Positions 1 through 10,016 of a DNA stretch of 51,785 nucleotides are shown here, piece after piece. The position numbers and the translations under genes are program-made. Under the pieces are notes generated by a model. That model was not told the DNA's origin. It saw nothing but the letters and a program-made list of their open reading frames with translations, and searched no databases. This DNA comes from Planctomycetota bacterium. GTDB lineage: Bacteria; Planctomycetota; UBA11346. The stretch spans positions 1-51,785 of the forward strand of contig JBBQSO010000033.1 in NCBI GenBank assembly GCA_038213805.1, read 5' to 3'. Position 1 is the stretch's first letter. Each line of letters starts with the position of its first letter.

Positions 1-202
1 GCTGACCATGACCGGCTACAACCTCGTCCGGATGCGAAATCTGATGCCTGAGTTGGCGATTTCGTAGGGACACTCTGCAATCAGACGACCCGTTATCGCA
101 GAAATCAGCGATAACGGATGCAAAAATCGGGAAATGACACCAAAAACGAGTTGGCCGGAGAAGGACTCGAGGTTTTTCGGGTCTATTTCAACGGCCTGCT
201 AG
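1..202 (+). mobile_element. Right end of an IS5-family insertion sequence, truncated by the window edge
   Basis: Frame 2..67 reads LTMTGYNLVRMRNLMPELAIS*, resembling the YNL(V)R C-terminus of IS5-type DDE transposases. TTTCAACGGCCTG (186-198) followed by CTAG (199-202) resembles a typical terminal inverted repeat plus CTAG target. Confidence 0.7.
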
Positions 203-437
203 CGAGATCTGGGGAGGGTCATTCCAGTGCGGGACTTGCAACGATGGGGCAAGCAGCCGAGTGCCCCGGAACGCGGCCCTACCCTGTCAAGGGGCTGGCG
301 TTGCAAGATCTTACCCGCTGCAAGGTGCAACCTTGCAATCACCGTGACGCGGGTGATACATCACCTCCGTTCGCTGCAGCCGGACCCCCATGGCAACCCA
401 CCCCAACCATCTGCGAGCCGCCCGGCGGCCCTCGTCC

Positions 438-2981
438 ATGAGCGCCGCCCCACGCGCACAAGGCGGGCTCACGCTCATCGAGATTGCCTTTTCCCTCGTG
501 ATCCTGGTGTTCGGCGTCGTCAGCGCGATGCTGCTCTTCCCCGCGGGCCTGAAGGCGCAGCAGTTGTCTCGCTTCCAGCTTTATGCGTGCGCCAAGGCGC
601 AGGAGATGATCGACAGCTTCAACTCCAGCCACAACGCCAACCCTGCGATCGACACCGAGGCTTTCAACCCGTGGGATGTCCCGGTCAGTCGCCGCACCCA
701 GGCCTGGGATCTTGAGGAGCGGTTGTCGTCAAACAGCTTTGGCATGCTGCCGCTGCCCTCGGACATCGCGAAGCGTCTCGATTCCGACGGCGACGAGATT
801 CAGCATATCCTCTCCGAGGGCGGCTACCTCTACTACTCGCAGCCGATGGCCACCACCAATCTGCAGGAGAGCAGCCTGCAGACCACACCGGCCAACGAGG
901 CCCAGCGCCTGGTGTGCGCGGTAAGCGGCTACGCGCAGAACAACGCCATGCACATCTTCCCCTGGAAGAACTGGCCGTATGTCACCCCGTTTCCGTCGCC
1001 GCCGTTGCACGGGCTGCACTATCCGGATTTCCTGTCCCCTCGCGGGCCGCAGACGCCGACCACCTTCCGCTGGGTCGACTCTTGGACGGACGGAAAGAAT
1101 TCGGACGGATCGGACAAGATCGTCGGCGCCAATGATGGGAAGACGGCCTCGTACTGCTGGGAGGAGACCTCCGACCCGGACATCCAGAAGGTGTTCAACT
1201 GGAAGGAGGGCAACACCGATTACGGCTACTTCCCCTACTGCTGCGGCAAGCTCAGCCACAACGGCAGCGGCATCGACCCGACTCAGCCCGCGACCAGCCA
1301 GCCCATCGACGTCCCAAGCGAGGTCGTTCCCGACTACAAGGGCGCCTTACGCTATTTCGAAGCGGCGCTGTGGTACTGCAAGCAGAAGGGGCTGCGCCCT
1401 GAATTTTACAATCCGCCCCCCGAGATCCTGGCCGCCTACAATCCGGTGGCCCAGCCACTCTCGACCGCGCAGGATTTCCCGTTCGAACCCGGCACCAAGT
1501 CTGAAGACCGTTGGAAGCAGGTCCAGGCGATGCGCTTCCTTGCTCACGCGGCGACCTGCCTGACGCGCTGGTACAGTTCAGCCGAATTCGCCGCGTCGAG
1601 CGCGCCCGTGGACATCTGTACGGGCATCACCAACCCGACGTCGGCAGACCCCGTGGGCACCGATCCGCGACTCGTCATGCTCACCTATGCCTACACGGTC
1701 GGGATCAACATCCCGAACGTGACGCTCGATACGCTCGCAGGTCCACTAGCATTCAGTGACGTCCAGCCGGCGTCGCCCGGAATGTCGGGTCCGTCCACCC
1801 CGCCGTCCATCGACCACATGACGGCCGCTACGGGGAACCAATTCTCGCGCTTGACCCACCACCATCTGCTCTATTACCACGAACGCTGCCTTCGCCTGAT
1901 CATGGCCTTCGCAGCGGCCAACCCATATGACTGGGGCGCGCCGCGTCCGCTGCAGCGCAGCATCATGACCGACTTCCCCTTGTTCGAATCTGACCTCTTC
2001 GCCAACCCGCAGGTAGGGCTGCCGTTCAACGTCACCGACGTGGCCAAGACCTCGGCGCAGTGGAAACCGATACCGGCCCAACCGATCTCGAACCTGGGGC
2101 GCGGCTACATGTTCCCGGGGTACGCCCCTCCGGGCATGGCGTACGACGCGGCGCTGCGGATCCCCGACAACATCTATTATCAGCGTGCCCTGCGGCCCGA
2201 CGGGTCATATTCCTACGTCCAAAATCCTGGCGGTTCCGGCACCTACACCTACATCGACGACAAGGTGACCGAACGGCATGCAGTGGCGCCGAGCACGCCC
2301 TGCGACCCGTTCTGGGGGAATCCGGCGCACTTCAGCTTGACCGCCAAGTTCACGCCGGACGAGCGCTGCCGCGAGATCGTTTTCTGGATGGTCGATTGGC
2401 AATCATACGAGGATGTCGAGCTCGCGCCAAGCGCGCCGGTCGACGCGGCGCGCTACCCCTTCGCAGGCCCGCTGCTGGATGGGTCGGTCAGCACGGCGAC
2501 GGATCCCGGCCAGTACGCGACGTTGCAGAAGCGCATGAGCTTCGATGAAACGATGCCGTCCACCAATGGGCACCCCACCGGGATCGAGTTCCGCGACGAG
2601 CAGCTCTACACCTACCGCAATCCCGAGAAGGTCCTCAACTTCAAGACCGATGTGTCGAACAAGGACACCGGCTTCCCCACCGTGAAGCAGCACTTTGATA
2701 CGTCCGTCACCCCCAATAAACTGGTGACGGACTATTCCTTCGAGATCCTGAATGAGAGCGACACCGATCAGGGCCTGGGGTCCTTCAGCTCTGCTATCGC
2801 CCCGGGCGACCCCGCGCATACCATCGCCGCGCGCGCAGTCTTCCGTGGCCAGTGGGGGGCGGACCGCAACTTCAATAAACGCCTGGACCGCGGCCCCATC
2901 CCGCGCTCGGTGCGCTTGCGCGCCGTGCCGGTCGCGCGCTTCCTGTACTACGATCCGCGCGTACCCGCGATGATCCATTGA
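438..2981 (+). CDS. Very large prepilin-type (class III signal peptide) protein, ~847 aa
   Basis: From ATG 438: MSAAPRAQGG|LTLIEIAFSLVILVFGVVSAMLLF, giving a G|xxxxE cleavage/methylation motif plus hydrophobic helix. The rest is unrecognised. Confidence 0.8.
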   Translation: MSAAPRAQGGLTLIEIAFSLVILVFGVVSAMLLFPAGLKAQQLSRFQLYACAKAQEMIDSFNSSHNANPAIDTEAFNPWDVPVSRRTQAWDLEERLSSNSFGMLPLPSDIAKRLDSDGDEIQHILSEGGYLYYSQPMATTNLQESSLQTTPANEAQRLVCAVSGYAQNNAMHIFPWKNWPYVTPFPSPPLHGLHYPDFLSPRGPQTPTTFRWVDSWTDGKNSDGSDKIVGANDGKTASYCWEETSDPDIQKVFNWKEGNTDYGYFPYCCGKLSHNGSGIDPTQPATSQPIDVPSEVVPDYKGALRYFEAALWYCKQKGLRPEFYNPPPEILAAYNPVAQPLSTAQDFPFEPGTKSEDRWKQVQAMRFLAHAATCLTRWYSSAEFAASSAPVDICTGITNPTSADPVGTDPRLVMLTYAYTVGINIPNVTLDTLAGPLAFSDVQPASPGMSGPSTPPSIDHMTAATGNQFSRLTHHHLLYYHERCLRLIMAFAAANPYDWGAPRPLQRSIMTDFPLFESDLFANPQVGLPFNVTDVAKTSAQWKPIPAQPISNLGRGYMFPGYAPPGMAYDAALRIPDNIYYQRALRPDGSYSYVQNPGGSGTYTYIDDKVTERHAVAPSTPCDPFWGNPAHFSLTAKFTPDERCREIVFWMVDWQSYEDVELAPSAPVDAARYPFAGPLLDGSVSTATDPGQYATLQKRMSFDETMPSTNGHPTGIEFRDEQLYTYRNPEKVLNFKTDVSNKDTGFPTVKQHFDTSVTPNKLVTDYSFEILNESDTDQGLGSFSSAIAPGDPAHTIAARAVFRGQWGADRNFNKRLDRGPIPRSVRLRAVPVARFLYYDPRVPAMIH

Positions 2982-2989
2982 GACCGCCG

Positions 2990-4327
2990 ATGCCCTCCCA
3001 CCGCCAGCCGTTCCAGTACCGCCGCGGCGGCTTCACCCTGCTCGAGGTGCTGATCGCCACCGCGATGGGGGTCGTGATCATCGGCACCGCCTTCGCCGCC
3101 TTCCGCGTCGCCTCGCAGACCGTGACCATCGCCAACCGGCTCTCCCTGGAGAACGCCATGATGCGGGCGGGCTTCAGCAAGGCCCAGGAGGAGTTGGATT
3201 TCTGGCAGTCCTACGATGACCCCGACGTCACCCAGGGCGAGAAGCTGCGTGCCACCTTGGCGCCGGCGTCCCTCCAGGGTGCGCACGGCCTGATCTTCGC
3301 CCCGATGGCCACGCTCCTGCCCCCTCCAGCGGCTTCCACTGATACTTTCGAAGGTGCCCAGGGGTGGGACGATCGGGCTTGGCTAGCGCACGATTCCCGC
3401 AGCTGGTACCGTGGGAACATGGCGGAAAAGTACGACACGGCGCTGATTTTTGGGCGCTATGCGATCTTCGCCAGCGCCGATGTCGGCACGACGGCATTCT
3501 ATTCTGGTGCCAGCACGGCTGCGGTAGGCAGCCCCCCGGCAGTCAATCCGCCGGTGGCTCCCCCGGTGGTGCCGCCGATTCCCGACTACTCCGGCGTCGC
3601 AGTGCCCCATCACTGGCACGATCGCCAGCTCAGCGCCTTTCTGCGGAACACCAGCCCCTACATGCTCAGCGAATATCTCCCGGCCAACACCATCTACTGT
3701 TTTGCCGAGACCTTCTCCAACGGCGGCACCGATAGGGGCGGGATCCCATTGATGTCTATCCAGCCAGGCGACGAGAACTCCTTCTGCAACCAGGACGGCG
3801 GCCAGAAGAACGCGCGCGGAAAGTACCGGCAGACCTACCGGACGACCTGGTCGGTGCCGCCCAACGATCCGCAGGTGCAGCCAGGTGGCCCGGCTGATCC
3901 AACGATTTTCTCCGAGCGGTGGAAGAGCCAGCGCCGCTACTTCGAGACCGGCTACGCGAGCACGCCGGAATCGATCAATGACTTCGTGCAGGTCACCACC
4001 ATCACCACCCCCGTGCTCGATGTGGCGCCGACGCACTGGCCGCGGGTGACGCTCTCCGTCAACCGTTTCATCAAGAATGCCCGCAGCATCGCGCTGTTTC
4101 GCCTGCGGCTGAGCAGTCCTGTCACTGGTAGCGTCTACGAGGTCTGCTTCACCGGGTTCGGCACCACCCTGCGCGGCGCGAGGCAGCAGCGCTACTACGA
4201 TCCCAGCGACGCCAGCTCGGCCGATGCTGCAGGACGGCGGCGCGGCTGGGCGAGCTGGGACGATCCCATCCCCGGGCAGACGCCGGCGGCGATTCCCGAT
4301 CCGACCCTTGACACGCCCAGGCTCTGA
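2990..4327 (+). CDS. Prepilin-type N-terminal cleavage/methylation domain protein (PilW/GspJ-like)
   Basis: RRGG|FTLLEVLIATAMGVVIIGTAFAAF motif; starts 8 nt after the previous stop. Confidence 0.85.
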   Translation: MPSHRQPFQYRRGGFTLLEVLIATAMGVVIIGTAFAAFRVASQTVTIANRLSLENAMMRAGFSKAQEELDFWQSYDDPDVTQGEKLRATLAPASLQGAHGLIFAPMATLLPPPAASTDTFEGAQGWDDRAWLAHDSRSWYRGNMAEKYDTALIFGRYAIFASADVGTTAFYSGASTAAVGSPPAVNPPVAPPVVPPIPDYSGVAVPHHWHDRQLSAFLRNTSPYMLSEYLPANTIYCFAETFSNGGTDRGGIPLMSIQPGDENSFCNQDGGQKNARGKYRQTYRTTWSVPPNDPQVQPGGPADPTIFSERWKSQRRYFETGYASTPESINDFVQVTTITTPVLDVAPTHWPRVTLSVNRFIKNARSIALFRLRLSSPVTGSVYEVCFTGFGTTLRGARQQRYYDPSDASSADAAGRRRGWASWDDPIPGQTPAAIPDPTLDTPRL

Positions 4328-5379
4328 TGTTCCATCAGCCTCGCACGCGCCATGGCGCCGTGCTCATCCTCGTCGCCGGCATCGCCGCCCTGCTGATCAG
4401 CATCTCGCTGGCCTTCCTCACGCGCATGCGCAGCGACGCCGAGGAGACTGTGGTGACCATGCGCGAGACCCAAGCGCGGCTCATGCTCTCAGCGGCCTGC
4501 AACTACATCCTCGAGGCCTCGCGCCTGGGTTGGGAGACGACGCCACCTGGCGAGCAGACCCCGCCGGTCGCGACGCGGCCCGATGCGCCGCCTTCTCCCC
4601 ACCAGGAAGCTTTTGGCTGGATTGATGTCCGCGATGGCAGGATCGGTCCGCGTTTGTCCCAGGGTGAGGACGTGCTGCCGGTCTCGCCGGACAGGCCGCA
4701 GGGCGACAGTGCCCGCTTCCCCCTGTTCACGGGCTTCCGTTTTCCCATGTACGTCCGCGAACGCCCGCCCTATGCGATCCGGCTCGATGCGGTCTACAAT
4801 CCCATCGCCGCGAGCGGGCCCGACGAGGGTTTGCCCTGGCTGATTAATCCCGATCCCCAGCCACAAGCCAGCAACCGCTGGAACGGCGGCAACCACACGG
4901 TGAATCCGACGGTCAACGACTGGTACGATTACAAGAACGGCGATCCCCGGCCGCGGATCAGGACCATGAACCGCGCCTGGTTCCGGTTGTGGCGGGACGG
5001 TCCGGCGACCTTCGTCGTGACCTGCGGCGCCGGAGGCACGCTTGGCTACCGGTTGAAGGACTGGAACGTCAACGACCCCGTCACCGGCCTGCCGATGGTC
5101 GACCACGCGCTGTTCGGCAACGATTACGAGACCTTCCGCGATCTCGATGCGCATGAAATCCGATTCTGGTACCGCGTCGAATGGAGTGCCGCCGTGCTCG
5201 CCTTGGACTACCACAACCTCGACCACGAACTGGGCATTGATCGCGACCACTACATGAGCTGGCCCCCCAATGCGAGCCACACTTGGCGGCACAGCCGGCG
5301 CACCCAGATGCACGCCAAGAACATGGTCGGCACGATCAGCTGGGTGCAGCGCCTGGTGACCGAGCCGACCAACTGGTGA
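4327..5379 (+). CDS. PilX/GspK-like minor pseudopilin
   Basis: RHG|AVLILVAGIAALLISISLAF lacks Glu5, as in the PilX/GspK class. TGATG stop/start overlap with the upstream gene. Confidence 0.7.
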   Translation: MFHQPRTRHGAVLILVAGIAALLISISLAFLTRMRSDAEETVVTMRETQARLMLSAACNYILEASRLGWETTPPGEQTPPVATRPDAPPSPHQEAFGWIDVRDGRIGPRLSQGEDVLPVSPDRPQGDSARFPLFTGFRFPMYVRERPPYAIRLDAVYNPIAASGPDEGLPWLINPDPQPQASNRWNGGNHTVNPTVNDWYDYKNGDPRPRIRTMNRAWFRLWRDGPATFVVTCGAGGTLGYRLKDWNVNDPVTGLPMVDHALFGNDYETFRDLDAHEIRFWYRVEWSAAVLALDYHNLDHELGIDRDHYMSWPPNASHTWRHSRRTQMHAKNMVGTISWVQRLVTEPTNW

Positions 5380-5397
5380 GCGTGATGCAGGGGGTCA

Positions 5398-5429
5398 GGC
5401 GCCGCGGCCATCCCGCGGTCGCCGTTTTT
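5398..5429 (+). terminator. Putative intrinsic terminator of the pseudopilin cluster
   Basis: GGCG-CCGCGG / CCGCGG-T-CGCC stem with a 5-nt loop, followed by GTTTTT. Confidence 0.5.
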
Positions 5430-5452
5430 CCCCGCGGTGCTACCATCCCCCC

Positions 5453-6289
5453 ATGACCACCGATGGCGCCGTCCTGCGGCCACCGATCACCGCGCAGCAG
5501 ACTCCGCGCGACATCCACTGCCGTATCCTCTACGCCGACCAGGTGACGATCGACACGTGGTGGGATGTGAGCCTGCGCAACCCCTTCTGGCGCTTGTACC
5601 GCAACGACAAGGACGGCGCCTCGATCAGCACCCCGACGGGGCTGGTGGCGCTGCCCGCGGGCGAGCTGGTGCTGGTGCCGGCCTGGGGCCGCTTCCAGGG
5701 CGTCTGCCACGTGCCGATCGGGCATTTCTACGTGCACTTCGACCCGGTCGGGCTGCGGGGCGAGTGGGACCGCGGCTGCCTGGAGCGGCCCTTCGTGCTG
5801 CCGCCGGATGCCACGCGCGCGGCCAAGATCGACGGGCTGCGCAGCCGCATCACCGATACCGCGGTGTGGCGCCTGGGCATGCAGGCGCTGCTCCTCGACT
5901 GCCTCGCCGCGGTCGCCGAGGACCTGCCCGAGGCCGCCCGCACCCGCCTCGACCAGCACCTCGCCAGCGACGATCCGCTTGCCGCCGCGCTCGGCCACAT
6001 CGAACGCAACCTTGCCGGACGCCTGAGCATCGAAGAGCTGGCGCGGCTGTGCGCGGTCAGCCCCGATCACTTCGCGCGGCTGTTCCGTGCCCGTTCCGGC
6101 AAGACTCCCAGCCGCTACATCCAGGAGCGCCGGGTCGCCATCGCCGCCGAGCGGCTGATCTCAAGCGAGGACGACATCGCCGGAATCTCGACCGCCACCG
6201 GGTTCGCCAACCGCTTCCATTTCACGCGCGTATTCACGCGCCTGATGGGGGTGCCGCCCGCGACCTATCGGCGGACTGGGCGGGTCTGA
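5453..6289 (+). CDS. AraC family transcriptional regulator
   Basis: C-terminal double HTH (LSIEELARLCAVSPDHFARLFR...IAGISTATGFANRFHFTRVFTRLMGVPPATYR) and a cupin-like N-terminus. Confidence 0.93.
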   Translation: MTTDGAVLRPPITAQQTPRDIHCRILYADQVTIDTWWDVSLRNPFWRLYRNDKDGASISTPTGLVALPAGELVLVPAWGRFQGVCHVPIGHFYVHFDPVGLRGEWDRGCLERPFVLPPDATRAAKIDGLRSRITDTAVWRLGMQALLLDCLAAVAEDLPEAARTRLDQHLASDDPLAAALGHIERNLAGRLSIEELARLCAVSPDHFARLFRARSGKTPSRYIQERRVAIAAERLISSEDDIAGISTATGFANRFHFTRVFTRLMGVPPATYRRTGRV

Positions 6290-6331
6290 GGCAGATCAGC
6301 CGTCCGCCGTCCGGTGTCGGCAGAACTGATC

Positions 6332-7471
6332 TCATTCCCCCGCTTCGGCGCGCAACTGCAGGAACTCGGCTTCGCTCAGCCAGCTGGGACGGCGCAGGCT
6401 CGGGCCGTCGCTGAGGGCGAGTTTGGAACGCTGCTCCGCACTCAGCGCCTGGGCGGTCGGGGCGCCGCCAGCACGCAGCGTCGCCCACAGCGCGGCCACA
6501 GCATCCGTGAGCGGAGCCTCGATGCGCACGGTGCGGTGTTCGACCGGATGCGGGAATTCGAGCACCGCGGCGTGCAGGGCCTGGCCGGGCAGCTCGGCGC
6601 AGGCCTGGCCGTAGACCCAGTCGCCGACCAGCGCGTGGCCATGGTGGCTGGCGTGCACGCGGATCTGGTGTTGCCGGCCGGTGTGCAGTACCAGGCGCAG
6701 CAGGGCGTAGGCGCCGGGATCGGCGCCAGCGGGCGCGGTTTCGAGGACGTGGTATCCGGTGTGGCACTCCTGGCCGTCGGCGCGCACCACGCGCGCGATG
6801 CTGGCGCCATCGCCCTCGCCCATGGGGTCGAGCCAGTCCCCGTCACGCGGCGTGGGCACGCCGTGGCAGATCGCGCGGTATTCCTTGTGCAGGTCGCGCG
6901 CCTCCATCGCCTGGCTGAGGCGCACGTGTGCGGCCTCGTCGAGGGACAGCAGGACGATGCCCGAGGTGTCGCGGTCGATGCGGTTGACCAGGCGTACGGC
7001 GCGCGGGTCCTGGCCGCGCGCTTCCTGATGGTCCTGCGCCTGGTTGAGCAGGGTGCCGGTCATGGTCCGGCCGGCCTGGTGCGCGAGCTGGCCCGGCGGC
7101 TTGTTGCACACCATCAGCCAGCGGTCTTCGTAGAGCACCGCCAGCGCGTTTTCCGCCGGCGCGTCCGGGTCGCGCTCCGGCAGCGGCGCTTCGAGCACGA
7201 TGCGCTGGCCGGGGCGTAGCTTGACGCGCTCGTGCACCGGCGCGCCGTCGACGCTGGCGCAGCCGCGTTCGACCCAGCGCAGCACCAGCGAGCGGCTGAT
7301 GGTCGGCAGCAGCGCCGCCAGGTACTTGTCCAGGCGCCAGCCCTGGCCGTGGTTGCGCCCGACGTTGAAGCGCAGGATGCGGTGCGTGCCGGTCAGGATG
7401 CGCTCGACCGGGACCTCGTTGCGGATGGCTTCGGCCTCGTCCGAGGTGGCTGCGGTGAGGTCGTCGGCCAT
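6332..7471 (-). CDS. RluA/RluD family RNA pseudouridine synthase
   Basis: S4-like domain (RLDKYLA...SRS), NKPPG, catalytic NRIDRDTSG, TGRQHQIRVH, GDWVYG and QALHA motifs. Confidence 0.93.
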   Translation of the reverse strand: MADDLTAATSDEAEAIRNEVPVERILTGTHRILRFNVGRNHGQGWRLDKYLAALLPTISRSLVLRWVERGCASVDGAPVHERVKLRPGQRIVLEAPLPERDPDAPAENALAVLYEDRWLMVCNKPPGQLAHQAGRTMTGTLLNQAQDHQEARGQDPRAVRLVNRIDRDTSGIVLLSLDEAAHVRLSQAMEARDLHKEYRAICHGVPTPRDGDWLDPMGEGDGASIARVVRADGQECHTGYHVLETAPAGADPGAYALLRLVLHTGRQHQIRVHASHHGHALVGDWVYGQACAELPGQALHAAVLEFPHPVEHRTVRIEAPLTDAVAALWATLRAGGAPTAQALSAEQRSKLALSDGPSLRRPSWLSEAEFLQLRAEAGE

Positions 7472-7570
7472 GGCGGCGGCAGCCTAGGGCGCGCCCGGCT
7501 GCAGCCAAAGCATATGGGCGGGTGGAGGCGCGCCTCGGCCTGCCGCCTTTGACCGGTGCCGCCGCTGTGG

Positions 7571-8506
7571 ATGATGGGTGGCGTGACCGCCACCGGCTTG
7601 CCCCAGATTCCCCATGCCTATCCGGCCAGCATCCCCGCGCTGCAGCCGGGCGAGGGGCTGGGCAGCGGGGGCGCCGCGGCGGTGGCCTACCGCATCACCG
7701 GGGTGATCGGCTGCGGTGGCTCGGGGCGCGTCTACAGCGCCCAGGCGCTGGCGGACGGGCGCGCCCTGGCGCTCAAGCTGCCGCGCACCTGGGAATGCAC
7801 AGAGGACCTGTTCCACGAGGCGCGCTATGCCGGCGGCCCTGACCTGCCGCATCTCGCCACCATCCGCCGGGTCGATCACGCCTGGCGCGCCGGGCTGGGG
7901 CTCGACCTGCCCTTCCTGGTCATGGACGCCTACCGCTCCAGTCTCTACCAGCGCCTGCTCGCCGGGGTGCCGGCGCGCGCGCAGGCAGTGCGCTGGATCC
8001 GCGAGGCGGCGCTGGCGCTGCAGGCGAGCGGCCTGGTGCACCGCGACCTCAAACCCGAGAACCTGCTGCTGGACGAACATGACCGTCTGCATGTCAGCGA
8101 TTTCGGCATCGCGATCCCGGTCAACCCGTTCGTGCGCAGCCGCGCCGGGATTGCCATCATGGGCGTGGTCGGCACCGCCATCTACCTCAGTCCCGAACAG
8201 ATCTACGAGGCCGATGACATCGACCAGCGCGCCGACATCTACGCGCTCGGCCTGGTGCTCGCCGAGCTCCTAACCGGGGTGCCGGCGCAGCCGCGCTTCA
8301 CCGGTTCACGCGATCAGGGTCACTACCTCGAGCGCCTGCTCGAACACGAGGTCGACTGGCGCGCCCTGCCCGACCCCGCGCTCGCCGAAGTGGTGCGCCA
8401 CTGCACCGCCAAGGCGCGCCGCGAGCGCTACCCGGATTACTGGGCGCTGATCGCGGATCTGGATGCGTATGCTGCGGAAGCAGGGCCGCCATGCGGCACT
8501 GGCTGA
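7571..8506 (+). CDS. Soluble Hanks-type Ser/Thr protein kinase (start uncertain, 7556-7583)
   Basis: IGCGGSGRVY, ALK, HRDLKPEN, DFG, GTAIYLSPEQ and DIYALG motifs; no TM segment. Confidence 0.9.
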   Translation: MMGGVTATGLPQIPHAYPASIPALQPGEGLGSGGAAAVAYRITGVIGCGGSGRVYSAQALADGRALALKLPRTWECTEDLFHEARYAGGPDLPHLATIRRVDHAWRAGLGLDLPFLVMDAYRSSLYQRLLAGVPARAQAVRWIREAALALQASGLVHRDLKPENLLLDEHDRLHVSDFGIAIPVNPFVRSRAGIAIMGVVGTAIYLSPEQIYEADDIDQRADIYALGLVLAELLTGVPAQPRFTGSRDQGHYLERLLEHEVDWRALPDPALAEVVRHCTAKARRERYPDYWALIADLDAYAAEAGPPCGTG

Positions 8507-8666
8507 CCTCCGTAGGCAGGACAGGACACGCGAAAATGCCGAAGACGGAGCAGGTGCGCGGGCTTGAGCGGGTTGGCCGCGCGCGCACCGGCGCTTTTCC
8601 AGCCGTTCGTGCCGGAACTCCGCGCCTCCGCGCCTGGTTCACTCGGGCTCCTGACGATCCAGGCCC

Positions 8667-9260
8667 TCAGGCTTTCCCGACCAGCTTCGCTAGGGTCGGG
8701 AAGACGCGCGCGAGGCGGCGCACGGTGGTCGGGCGGGGCAGGTATTTGCCGCCTTTGCTCAGCGACAGCACGGTCAGATACGACACGCCGCTCTTCTGCG
8801 CGATGGCGCGCGCCGACAGGCCGCTCTTCTGGATGACGGTGGTGATCACGGGCAGGACCTGCGAGCGCTGCTTCTCATGGTTTTCGGCGCGGTCCTGCAG
8901 GCCGGCCTCGACGGCCTTGACCAGGCGTCGCTCCCAGGGGCGGGCATCGCCCTCGCTGATGGCGCGGCGCGCGACCACCACCAGGTGGTTGACCTCGGCA
9001 GACTTCACGTCGAGTTTCTCGGCGATGCGCTCGCGGGTCAGGCCCTGCGTGAAGAGCGGCACGGCCAGTCCGGCGATGCGCTCGCGCTCCGCGTCGAGGG
9101 CCTGCAGGTACGGCGGTTCGCCCTCCTGGGCGAGGATCTGGCGCACGCGTTCGCGGGTCAACCCGTAGGCGCGGCCGATCTCGGCGCAGTTGAGCCCGTC
9201 TTCGTGGTAGAGGCGGGCCATCTCCTTGTTGCGGGAGGCGACGGTCTCGGAAGTGGGCAT
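8667..9260 (-). CDS. Multi-HTH DNA-binding protein (sigma70 region-4-like HTHs plus C-terminal XRE-like HTH)
   Basis: GLNCAEIGRAYGLTRERVRQI, GLTRERIAEKLDV and GLSARAIAQKSGVSYLTVLSL...PRPTTVRRLARVF. GAGGA RBS upstream of ATG 9260. Confidence 0.8.
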   Translation of the reverse strand: MPTSETVASRNKEMARLYHEDGLNCAEIGRAYGLTRERVRQILAQEGEPPYLQALDAERERIAGLAVPLFTQGLTRERIAEKLDVKSAEVNHLVVVARRAISEGDARPWERRLVKAVEAGLQDRAENHEKQRSQVLPVITTVIQKSGLSARAIAQKSGVSYLTVLSLSKGGKYLPRPTTVRRLARVFPTLAKLVGKA

Positions 9261-9537
9261 CGCAGGGTTCCTCGGGAGGCGGGTTCTGGGGCCGATCACG
9301 ACGTCAAGCCGGCGCGCGGGTGCGCGGGGCGCCGCTGATTTGACGCACGCTAGCGGGTTTTGCACAGATGGCAGAACTTCCTCCAGGATGATTCACTTGA
9401 TGCATGGAGGCGCACGCGTCAAGCCGGCCGGAAGTCCGCCGGTAAACGGCGCCTCCGGCGCAGAGCTTCGCGCGCAGCGCGTGGATGCGCGCAATTACTC
9501 GCTTGAATATGCCGGCTCGCGCGCAGGTTGGTCGGTC

Positions 9538-9987
9538 ATGACCGCTAAAAGCCCGCTTGCAGCCGCGCTGGTGCGTCGCATCGACGAAGCCGGACTCGCC
9601 TCCCATTCTGCAGCCGCCGAGCAGATCGGCATCACGCCGGCCTCGCTGCGCGCGGTCCTCAAGCAGGGTCGCCGGCCGAATCGCCGCACCTTCCCCGCCT
9701 ATGCGCGCTTCCTCGGCATCGACGAGGCCGCGGTGCGTGACCTGGTCGATCCGCCGGAAGAACCGGCACTGGATGGCGCACTGGAGCGCCGCGGCCGCCC
9801 CGCCTTCGCCCTGCCCGCGCGTGTGCTTGAGCGCCTGCGCGCCCTGGACGCGGACGAACTCGACATGGTCGGCGATTTCGCCGCCTGGTTGGTGCGGCGC
9901 CGGCCGAGCCCCGGTACCCCGGTCCCGGCGCCACGCCGGCGTGGGACGTCGCGGTTCCGGCGCGCCCGGCGCATTGGCGGCTTATAA
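9538..9987 (+). CDS. XRE-family HTH protein
   Basis: SHSAAAEQIGITPASLRAVLKQGRRPNRRTFPAYARFLGI; divergent from the previous gene. Confidence 0.7.
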   Translation: MTAKSPLAAALVRRIDEAGLASHSAAAEQIGITPASLRAVLKQGRRPNRRTFPAYARFLGIDEAAVRDLVDPPEEPALDGALERRGRPAFALPARVLERLRALDADELDMVGDFAAWLVRRRPSPGTPVPAPRRRGTSRFRRARRIGGL

Positions 9988-10016
9988 GTCGCGACTCGCG
10001 TGTTGAGGGGCTACGG

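Noticed and set aside
290..306. Sigma54 promoter upstream of the pilin cluster
   Set aside because: GG-N10-GC spacing is present, but the -24 element (AGGGGC) matches TGGCAC poorly.
8667..9987. Prophage immunity region (cI/cro-like divergent HTH pair)
   Set aside because: No integrase, replication or structural phage genes nearby.
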